Source of the DNA: Tubulanus polymorphus
Taxonomy: Eukaryota > Animalia > Nemertea
Assembly: GCF_964204645.1 (NCBI RefSeq)
Contig: NC_134030.1
Location: 22,032,210 to 22,096,209, forward strand
Reading direction: 5' to 3'
Length of the DNA stretch: 64,000 nt
Shown: positions 34,401-46,400 of the stretch, piece after piece
How the letters are laid out: the number at the start of each line of letters is the position of its first letter
How positions within the stretch are numbered: the first letter of the stretch is position 1
Notes under the pieces: model-generated
The model's database searches: none
What the model was told of the DNA's origin: nothing
Seen by the model: the letters and a program-made list of their open reading frames with translations, nothing else
Made by a program: the position numbers and the translations under genes

Positions 34401-37400
34401 CCGATCCTACAGTGATATACCAACAGAAGAGAAGAGGTTCTGAACGATGGCAGCCGATTCCTGATCCACAACCTCGTAAAGTACCTCTCAAAATGGGTTT
34501 AAAAGGTTTTGACACGACGTACAAGTTCAAAGCTGATTTCAAACTGCACAATGGAACGTCATTTCGATGTGCTGTAAAGGAGAACCTTACGTTTCCAGAA
34601 CCTCAGCAATTTAATCAAATCATTGTTCATTGTAAGTAACAGTTTCTTTTTCGAATTCGAGAAATAAATAATTTTCCCTGCAACAATACAGACCCCAGTG
34701 GTAGTGCAGACCTATCCACACATATAGCATGTCACAATGTAACCATGCTAAGCAGGAACATGACAGAGTCTCGCGATGTCATCAGGTTCGAATCCCTGCC
34801 GAGGGAGGAACGTGGAAGAGTCTCACAATGTCATCAGGTTCGAATCCCTGCCGAGGGAGGAACATGGCAGAGTCTCACGATGTCATCAGGTTCGAATCCC
34901 TGCCGAGGGAGGAACGTGGCAGAGTCTCACAATGTCATCAGGTTCGAATCCCTGCCGAGGGAGGAACATGGCAGAGTCTCACGATGTCATCAGGTTCGAA
35001 TCCCTGCCGAGGGAGGAACGTGGCAGAGTCTCACGACGTCATCAGGTTCAAATCCCTGCGAGGGAGGAACGTGGCCGAGTCTCACGATGTCATCAGGTTC
35101 AAATCCCTGCGAGGGAGGAACGTGGCAGAGTCTCACGATGTCATCAGGTTCGAATCCCTGCGAGGGAGGAACGTGGCAGAGTCTCACGATGTCATCAGGT
35201 TCGAATCCCTGCGAGGGAGGAACGTGGCAGAGTCTCACGATGTCATCAGGTTCAAATCCCTGCGAGGGAGGAACGTGGCAGAGTCTCACGACGTCATCAG
35301 GTTCAAATCCCTGCGAGGGAGGGACGTGGCAGAGTCTCACGACGTCATCAGGTTCAAATCCCTGCGAGGGAGGAACGTGGCAGAGTCTCACGATGTCATC
35401 AGGTTCAAATCCCTACTGAGAGAAGATGGGTCTACTATGACAGGGCTTAAGAACTGTGCTAGGTCAGATATAACTTTTACTAATGTTTTGTTTGTTTTTC
35501 AATCAGATTTTGCTGCACCAGTTTGCAAGAAATCCAGTAAAAATAAAACAAATGCAGCGTATATTGTAACAGTTAATAGTTACCCATTGACTCAACAAGT
35601 TACATGTGACCCTCCAGCTGTCGTTCAAAAACTATCAAACTATCAGTGGAATATAACGATACCTATCGTAAATAGTACCACAACTGACTATAGAGGGCAG
35701 TGTTTGGCTGACGGTATTAATGAAAGGGTCATTAATGTCACTGGTTATCATCACGCCGGTCCAACTGATGAACCAGGTAAGATTCCGGGTCACAACTTTG
35801 TAAAATGATTTAATTCCATGACATTATAAAACTCGAGGCCATCATCTCTTAACTCGAAATCATTTCTACACAATCAAAAAATTTACTTACGAAAGTCGTT
35901 ATTTTGATAAATTGTCACAAAATAACCTATTAATATATTTCATAGTCTCAATTTACTAAGTCGTATGTCGTCACATTACTGGAGTTGTCTCTATCATTGG
36001 GTCTCATTTTACTAGGTGTAAGTCGTCATTCATTTGAGTCGTCACAATTCGTATTCGAATCAGCCACCAGTATTTTACCTAACCTGTAACTCAATTAGAT
36101 TAGTCAGTACAGCGGATGAGTCTTATGGGAAATCCGTGCGCGATGACGTAATTCTCTGTGTCGTCCGAACTGAATGTATTTTTTGTGAATATATCACATT
36201 CAAATATTTCGTAATGATTTAGCATCTTTAACTTTCTATCTTGAGGCTGCTTGACCCAATCAAGGAACAATTAATTTTCTCCCATTTCAAAAACAACTTA
36301 TATACTTCATTTAGAGAAAATTTGAGCTTTGAAAGTTAAGAAGCAGTTACTTTTTGCTTGACCTATTTAATTATTCAATTCAATTGCTGTTGTTTTTATC
36401 AATAGTTACAATGGAACTATTTCTAGCTTTATATAATTCTATTCAATCGCATCACCGATTTGTTTAAATTTCAGTTCCAGAAGAAGGGACTGGGGGAATA
36501 GTGTTTGCTGTAATCAGTATACTGATATTACTGATTCTGATAATACTGTTTATACTGTGTCTTTGTGGTTGCTGTAAGTTTTACATAAAACCATCATTTA
36601 ATCTGAAAAACTATGATAAACAAACTGCAGAATCAGAATACTGTGTTATTTCTCATTGACAGTGCGGTGCAGAAAACCTGATGATGAACTGTGTAGATGT
36701 GGAAATTGTAAGTTATGTAATAATTCAAATAAAGAATGCTAGAAATTGAAAATAGTGCATAAGGCCGAATGTATTCTAGAGCCCTAAGATAACCAGATAC
36801 AGTTGATCCTCAATTATCTGTCCACATTTTTAATCTCGGGACCCTAGTTGCGCAGTATCATTCAAAAAGTGTTCGTAAACTATTAATCTGGTCTTAAGTT
36901 GTTAGTTCGGCTACAAAACTAAAACTGTCTTAAACTGGCCTTGAATGTTAGCCATCACTGTGCACATTACAAAACATTTAGTTGAAACACACAATAAAAT
37001 GATGTTATCTGCAATCGTAGATTTTCCCCTGACAAAACCGGTCTCGATAACTGAGAGTTCATGAGGTCTGAAATCAGTCACACTTCTAGATTATGCTTAA
37101 AATTGCATACATGGGCTTAAAGAAACAACACAATTTTGTGTGCTTGCGTTTGACAAAAGATGACGATTCAAAAAATGATTGTATTGTTTTTTTTTGTTTT
37201 CAGCACTGAATTTCAATAGTATAAGCCGTGAACTAATGATTTGTAATTGTCGCACCGAGGACTCGTCGGACGATAAACTATGTGTATGTTGTTGCTGTAA
37301 GTGTCATAGAAAAATACCATCGTAGAATCGTAGAAAGGATTATCGCAAATTAGAATAATTTGTTTGTTTGTTTTTAGTGACTTGCAAATTACCTGCTGCC

Positions 37401-40400
37401 GATGAACCTGATAATAAGGATGACTCCTCAGATGAACTGTGTCATTGTTGTTGCTGTGAGTTCTATATATAAACTGATAAAGATTAATAGTCAGTAACTG
37501 TAGAATAAACTGTTGTATTATTTTCTATTTGCAGTGCTGTTGAGAAGTGAGCCGTCTAGATGTAATTACTGAAAGTTTTATTAACATTGAAAACATTGAT
37601 GATTAATCCTGCAAAATTAACTGTTATTGTCATTGGATATTCACGAATTCAAGAATGTTTGGAACTTAGAAGAACAGAATGTTATCATTTCTGGGATTCA
37701 GCACGGGTTGGGTCGTAGTTTCAGATGGCTGCAAACGTGAAATGTGCTACGACCAAACATTCACCGGTTCATTAAAAATCATTTTGATATAAACCGCCGC
37801 CTCGTACCCATAGGAATTAACGCGGAGAAGCTACTATGTAACATCGTTCTCTTCACAAATAACGGTGTTTGAAAAAGTAACCATTTTACAATGTTTAGCA
37901 TCATTCAACTTTCAATCAATTTTCTAGACACAATACGCGCATTATTCAGACCAGAATTTAGGTGCACGAGACGCATTAAAAATCTAAAGCCAGAATATGC
38001 GTAATGTTTATTTATTTTCGTCTGACATCGATCACTTTCAGATCTGAATCAGTGCGGCCTAAATAAACCGTCGTTTTTATATCTATTACGCAGGCAGCAT
38101 TAATTAGATTATCTAATGGCTAATCAGTAGCGAATGAATTACTCGTAGATGCAGTGTCTTGGGTACAGGCTCGATACAAGTCACTGCGGGGTCACAAATC
38201 AACGTTGATAGGTTAAGATTACTTGCCTACGTAGGTTCTGCATTTTTCTCGTTGGGAAGTATCGTTACGTTGTTGGGTGACGATAGTAATAAATTATCAC
38301 ATATGCCTACCGGGTATCGGTAATGAAAACTTGCGTCCGGTGCCTTGTCCCAGTTACCATTTATTGCGAACTAGAAGAAATTCCGTAAATCCGTGATTCC
38401 GATATAGTACCGGTTTAAACTCGAGAAAGTTACGCAGTATCATTGGTTCAATTATCTCATAGCATTAGTATCCATGACTATCTTTAGTGGCTCCAACAAT
38501 ATCCAAATCACACTGTTTATTTATTGGGTTGATTTGTCAGGTGAATGTGCATCATGTAGACGAACAGTATTTCTGTTCTCTAATTTACAGTCACGTGTTT
38601 GGTTCCGAAATCTAAAGATGCGATTGAATTGTTGCGTTGGACAAGTGAAACCTGGTATGAAAAAGGTAAGATTCTCTCACATGATTTACTGCGCATATTC
38701 TCAGATATCGGTTTGATAATTTTAGGTGTTGTTTTCTCTTTGTAGATCATGAGAATTGGGTGAAAACACGTGACCAACTGCAGCCGGGTATTTATAGAAT
38801 TATTAACCCTTTATTTCTATACTTTCTATATTCTTGCATGAATACAGTACCTGATGCCCTAATGTAAGTTGTCGTAAACTATTCTACTGGTCTTAAGTTG
38901 TTAGATTTGCTATTGGACCAAAATGAGCTTAGACTGGTTTAAGCTCAACTAGACATATTGGCCACAGAACTAAAACTGTCTTAAACTGGTCTTGAATGTA
39001 AGCCATCATGGTGCACATTAGCCCTATTACAAAATATTTAGTTCATTGTCAATCAAAATGTTGCGATCGTAGATTATCATAATATACAGAATGCTAGAAA
39101 TCTAAAAATAGTGTACACAGCTGGAGGGATCCGAGCCAGATACAGTTCTTGATTACTTGCCTACGTAGGTTCTGCATTTTCTCGTTGGGAAGTATCGTTA
39201 CGTTGTTCGGTGACGATAGTGATAAATTATCACATATGCCTACCAGTTATCGGTAATGAAAACTTGCGTCCGGTTCCTTGTCCCAGTTACCATTTATTGC
39301 GAACTAGAAGAAATTCTGTAAATCCGTGATTCCGAAATAGTACCGGTTTAAACTCAAGAAAGTTACGCAGTATCATTGGTTCAATTATCTCATAGCATTA
39401 GTATCCATTAGCATTAGCATTAGTATGACTGTCTTTAGTGGGTGGCTCCAACAATATCCAAATCACATTGTTTCTTTATTGGGTTGATTTGTCAGGTGAA
39501 CGTGCATCATGTAGGACAAACAGTATTTCTGTTTTCTAATTTACAGTACCGCGTTTGGTTCCGAAATCTAAAGATGTGATTGAATTGTTGCGTTGGACAA
39601 GTGAAACCTGGTATGAAAAAGGTAAGATTCTCTCACATGATTTACTGCGCATATTCTCAGATATCGGTTTGATAATGTTTAGGTGTTGTTTTCTCTTTGT
39701 AGATCATGAGAATTGGGTGAAAACACGTGACCAACTGCAGCCGGGTATTTATAGAATTATTAACCCTTTATTTCTATAACATGTAGAATATCTTGCATGA
39801 ATACAGTTCATAGTTTCAGAAATCATCCACTAATCATCTGAAAGATATACAACTGATTTTGCTTCATTATCAAATCTGTAATTATCAATTTAAGTTTATG
39901 GTTAACAACGTAATTTCTTGAAGATTTCTTGAGAATTGTTTGATCAATTATGTTGATATTTCGTTTATATCTGTATTAACCCTAGACACGCATCTGCAGT
40001 CTTACTGGTGCATGCCTAGCGACCATTGTTCTTAAAAGAAATCAGCACCTCATGCACATTTTCGAAGTCTATGGGAAATTTCAAAGACATTTGGCTCATT
40101 TGTCTCGAGGTCTGAAGTGGACAAAACAACATGCTCCGTAAAAAGACATTGGCTTGATCGAAATCAAGATGACTAATTTTCGATTTTCGTTTTCAAAAAT
40201 CAGTACTATTTGTACATTTTGGAGGTTTTTCTAGAGACATTTTAATAGATGCTTTAATCTATTTTTCTTGATGTTTGGTTTATACATGTATCTACCCTAG
40301 ATGTATCAACAGTTCTGAAAATGAATAGTTGGAATCAAGACTGGCGGCTATTGTTACTTGGCAGGGCGGTTAAAACGACCCTCTCCTTTTTTACCAAGTG

Positions 40401-43400
40401 CCCAAAATATAGGCTTGTCATTCCCTGTACTGATCATGATCTGATAATATGTTTCAAAGTTTCAAAAAGTGTAGCTAAATCATTTAACTGTGAATGACTA
40501 TGTAACAATTATTTTTTCACTTCGTGAATGCGGCGCAAGCGGGCCACCAAACGCAAATAAGAAGGGACCTTCCCATGTGAGGTGAAACCCTCTTTTCCTT
40601 TCTGGCAGCTAGGGATCCACCCCTGTTTGAAAAAAATCAGCACTTTTTGCACAATTTACCGACTCATATGTGGAACAAACCAGCATGTTATGTTTTATTG
40701 TTTGTTTTGGTTAGGTGTTTAATGCAATTAACTCACAATTATTTCTATCTGTGAAGCACATTTGTAATAATGGATTACCATTGACAATAAACTATACGCG
40801 AGAAACATTTTTAGATGTCGTCTTTTTTTTCATGTAGCTAATATCTGTGTTGTTTTTTTAACAGTTAAAACTGGAGACTTTGAGGTCATTGAAAGGTCAT
40901 TTAATCCAGGTATGTTAGATATTTATTCTAATTTCAATAAAACAATATAAACTCAGATGATTCATCGATGAATCAACTACTTGTTTGTTAACGTCGATGA
41001 ATTCATTTAAAAAATTGATTTATCGTCAATTTTTCTTTCTAGAAATTGATAGAATAATTGTCGATGTTTACGGAACTGAGAATGATTGGATGATAACGAG
41101 AGATAAGGATAAACAAGGTAAGAGGAGTGATGACTCAGTTGCCAGGGTAAGTGTCAAACCGGCTGAATGGTTTGTTGCAACCCGGGGCCGGGTTTATAGA
41201 CTGGTATTAACTTTAAACCCGGGGTTAGTTTAATTAATTTTCAATTAAGTTAGCCCCCGGGTTAAAGATAATACCAGTCTATAAAACCGGGTCCTGCATA
41301 CAATACTGTACCGGAATATAACACTTCCCCGGGCCTCCTATCTTCACCCAACAGTAATTCAACCTGTTTGATGCACAATTTTTTTGATTATTGAAAAAAA
41401 TGCTTTTTATATTTCATTTCAGCAATAGCTATCAGAGAATTCCTGTTTGGACAGTTATCACATGATGAAAGTAAGTAATCGTTTACCTATAGTTAAAGTG
41501 TTAGTTAGTTATGTACATGCACATGGGTGTTATGTGAACATGCACATGTGAGTTCAGTTGACATGCACGTGTGAGTTATATTTACATGCACATGTGAGTT
41601 CAGTTGACATGCACGTGTGAGTTATATTTACATGTTCATGTTATTATTACGTATACATATGAGTAATACATGCATGTACATGTGAACATGTGCATGTGAG
41701 TTTACCTGCGATGTGTTTTAAGTTTAAGTAGAGTTTGGTCAGTTTTCATACATTTCCAGGTTTGTTAGATTTGGTGAATGAAATTCTAAGTAAGTACAAA
41801 ATCTCGGTATTGTATCAACTCTCTTCAACTCTAACCATCAGAAGTGTTTGTTATTGTTTATTGACAGGAAAATACGCGAGAATAAACGATTTAAAAACAA
41901 AACTATCAAATGAGATCGGTAAGATTTGATTGAATACAGTTATTGATGTAATGAGTTTATTGATTATTATTCTACTGTCAACTCATTTTGTAAATGTATT
42001 ACAGATACATTACTGAACAAGAAGAGGTCAATAGATGGCGCTGATTACAATAGAGATGAAGGTACATGATTATTTACTGTTCAAATGAAATATTCAGCTT
42101 TGCAGATAGAAATGTGACGAATTCTATTCAAGATGGCCGCTTGGTAGCGTTTTGGCAAAAATCTATAAACCTGATACAAGCGACCAGTTTAGAATTTGTA
42201 ATAATTCACTGTGTTATTTCGTGAAATGGAAAGTTAATCTAATGCCATTTTTGCCTAAATTCGTACCAATTTTGCCAAATTGGATGCATCAAAATTTGAG
42301 ATGGAAATTTCATCTTGAATATATTAGACTATAGCATCAGAATTATTCAAGTTACAACAAAATAATCAAATTCACATTTGTTATTTAAGAAATAAGATGT
42401 GATACAAACTATGGGTAATGATACAGCATGAGTGTTGAACCAATTTCAAATCTAATTCTTTGTTTCAGATGAAGTTCATGTAAGTTTTATGACGCAATCT
42501 AATGAAGAGAAAAGACCCCTGACAAACAAAGAGAAACAGTTCATCAGAGATGGTCAGTAAAACTATGAATTCGATCAGAGTTAAATTTTCACATGTAGTT
42601 GACGACACTGAGTTACCAGAGAGTCTCGTAAAGTGTTTACAGGACTTACTGGCGAAAATTGCTAACTTTTTGAAAAAAGGACTTCCGAATTTGTCAAGTT
42701 TTATTTAGATACCTATTAGTAATGATTAGTCTTGTAGTGACCAGGGTTCAGTGATTCACTGTGTCGCTAATGTTTAGGATTTATCTGTATTTATCGATTT
42801 GCAAAATGAAGCGAGCGACAAAAGAGCAACTGCTCTGTGTGAATCACATTCAGCTTTTACCGGAAGCTCAAACCATTGATGATATTGTAGTTTTTTTTTG
42901 TAAGATTCAAATCCCCAGTAAACGGTTGTAATGAATTTCTATATTTTCAGTTGCTTCAGCAGTTGAATCTATTGTTGATTTGTTTGCTAAAATGTCCGGT
43001 AGGTTCCATAAATCATTTCAGTAAAAATACTGTGGAGTTTGTTGTGGAATCATTGAATAATTGATTGTGTTTATTTTTACTGTAGATGCTGAATTATGTG
43101 AACGAGGAATATTCAACATAAAACGTAGGTTTTAATATATATATATATATGTATTTATTGCCAAAGTTATAAACTTTTATGACAAAAATCGATATACAAG
43201 CATAAATGGCGGGAAACAATATAACATAGAACAAACATTGATACATGTATGTGGATTACATAATAAGTTAAGGTTGCCTGAGTATATAAACTTTCTTAAG
43301 GAATTTCGAAAGGTTTGAAAAATCATTGTTATTACGCATTAGAATAGAAAATTAATGCATAACAGATTATTATTTAGCCTAAAATTGTCCCTTGCACGTG

Positions 43401-46400
43401 CCGGTCACGGAGTATACGGTGTTTTATAGATGATCTAGAGTTTACCATGAATTGTTGTGTCCAGATATACGACAAACCACAGTCATCTAAAATCTTCTAA
43501 ATAAATAATAGCCAGAGACTCTTAGCAATAATCTTTAAAATACAAATTCAAAATATTTTGTAGAGAATTGAACTAGGTTAAGTTTGTTCACACGAAATCG
43601 TTTTAACTCAAAAATTAATCAGAATTCTAGGCTTCACAATGTAGGAAAAATTCCAGGGGAATTAAGGTAAAATAGTTAATATAAGTGCAAGCTTGGGGTA
43701 ATATACAACATTAAATCAGCCACGTTTTAAGAAATTTAAAGAAATGGAAACTTAGGGCTACTAAAATACAACCAAATACAACCAAAACCAAAAGTGGCAT
43801 TTTTACCGGTGGCATTTTTTCCTATGTTGCAAAAGTTTCAAAAGTTTCTAAATGTGTCTAAATTCGGAATGGTTTCGCGAAGTTCAGTAAGAAGGGTACA
43901 ATCAAAGAGAAAATGTAATTCATCCCCAAAAACATTGCAAATTGGGCACATTCTTTCATTTCTAGGTAGATGGAGATTAGGTAAATTGTCCCCTGAAAAA
44001 TATGTTCCATTTGTAATTTCTAACTCACATACATTTCGGAATTTGCCTCATTCTAGTTTTACTTCGCACAAAAACTTATATTTTCGTTTTATCGACATTT
44101 ACAGTGAGGTCATTAACGGCACAGTATTCAAATGAAGCCTTTAAAGTTTAACTGGAGTGATCTCTCATCCTCCGTGGATAACCGTGTTATCCGCATATAA
44201 TGAATAATTGAGTAAAGCATCAATACCCTGATCACACCCCGAGTTCAGATTTGCTATAAACGATAAAGTTTGGTTGCCACGGTCATTAAAAAAGTCCTCA
44301 ATATCATTCAAAAACTAAAGAGAAGGAATATGCGACAGGTTTTCTTGTCCTTCTGTCTTGTCCTTCAGCCCAGTACAGCCCCCTGGTGACAATATGAGAT
44401 GTAACCTTTCTGCTATTTGTATTGTAGAAGAGATTGTTGATGAGATAAAATGCGAATATTTTCAAACTCCCGAATTTAGAAGTAAGTTTCCAATAAAATC
44501 AGAACCTGTTTTAACAACCAGAACTCAAATATTAATATATGTATGTATTGTATTATTATTTATAGGATCAGTTGAGACTGCAGTGAATGAAGCTATCGAG
44601 AATTCAAGTAATCAAATATTCTTCAAAAGTTCGAATTCTGTGATTGAATTGAGTTCAGTTTGGCTGAAGGTGCTTTTTTAAATGTATATACTTATATTTT
44701 ACAGAAAAATCACAACACGGCAAAAAACCATGCTATGAATATGCAGGTTTGTAAAATTCTAATTTCTGTAAATGAATTTGACCTGATGTGGTTGCTACCC
44801 TGGACCGAATTTCATAGATTAGGGGGCAAAATATTCCCCTGGACCCAGTTTTATAGACTGGTATTATCTTTAACCCGGGAGATAACTTAATTGAAAATGA
44901 ATCAAGTTAGCCCCCGGGTTAAAGATAATACCAGTCTATAAAACCGACTCCTTGGCCTTGGAAACTTTTTGAAAATTGTCAGTATTTAACAAGTTTCTCA
45001 ATGTTGCTATGGTGGTTGTCACCATTGTTGAGGATTTTCCCCACGAGGATCATTCATCTATTACGTATGCAAAAAATTCAGAAAAATCCTCGAGTAAGCT
45101 GATAATAGTTAGATCGAGTCTATTATGTAGAAAAAGAGTGGATGAAAATGTAGTCACGTGATAAAATTCATCCGGAGAAGAATTGAATTTTAAAAATCAT
45201 TAAGGTGCGTACAATACGCATTACTATTTACCCTCCCCCTTTTGTACACAAAAGTATGCAATTTAATAAGACCCCCTTTGTACAATTTGATTTTTGAGTT
45301 TAACCCCCTCCCTACCCAAAATGCGTACCTAATAATTGGGTGACCCCTTAAAAGGTAACTTTGAACCCGCCCTATAAATGAAACTAGGCCCATGATGATG
45401 ACCACAAAGAGGAGATAATTTTCAGTTGCTTTCCCTTCAGAATTTTATTCTATTATTTCAGTGCAGTGGATAGCTGATAAAATGAAAGGTAAATTGACTG
45501 ATAATAAATACTCAATTTCGTGATGAATTTGTGTTGATGTTTACAAAAATAATTCTAATTTCAGGTTTCACGGTTAAACCATCTGAAACTTATGGTATGT
45601 AATATTGTTATATACAGTTGATTATAACGGTCGCTGCCATCGTTTTTGTCACTGTCACTGTTCACTTAACACGAACATTTATCAGAGAACAAATTTGTAA
45701 AATCAAACTCAAATTCAATGAAAATACCATTTATAAATCGCCAAAATTCATTATGATGTCATATTTTTCATTGGTCCCAAAAGTGGCTTAAAGGACTTTG
45801 ACTATATTCATACATGTATCTTGTGTGGGTGCCTCATCAGTCAGTCAAGTGGGAGGGAAGTTGAGTAACAATTCACTAAAAATCATGACGTTTTTTTCAG
45901 AGCGTAATGAATTTGCTAAACGTGCACGAGCAGCAGGTAATGCATAAATTATGTGTGCTGAAATTGATGTATTGATTTTGATAATGTTTTATGATGTTAT
46001 ACGTAATTTGATTTCTGTTTCAGTATTAAAAAAGTCAAAGAAAGTTTATTTTTGAGATACGTGATAATGTTTTATGATGTTATACGTAATTTAATTTGTT
46101 TCAGTTAAGAGGAAATCAAGAGAGTTGATGGATGAGATACGTGATATAACGGATAAAGGTAATCAATATTGACTTCTATAAACATCTCACTGACTCAATA
46201 ATTCTATATTCATGAATTCATGTTTCCACATTAGTAATGTAACATGTCTGGTTCCTACGGAAGAGCGGCCACATGAAAATCTTTTTTAAAAGTCTTCTTC
46301 GGCAATGTTTCTTTCTTGATAATCACCTTCATCAACCAATCACCATTAAAATGTTCTGACGTCACTGTAGTGTATGATGTAATCTGCTTAATTTCCAACT

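Noticed and set aside
34729-35450. Long ORFs in all three frames and a CRISPR-like appearance
   Set aside because: Head-to-tail minisatellite with no unique spacers and no cas genes in eukaryotic DNA; only 35507-35776 is exon
38474-38540. Possible start exon (MTIFSGSNNIQITLFIYWVDLS) for an independent micro-exon gene
   Set aside because: A 4-nt insertion puts this ATG out of frame in the other two copies, and the following intron would be only about 50 nt; not fully excluded as an internal exon
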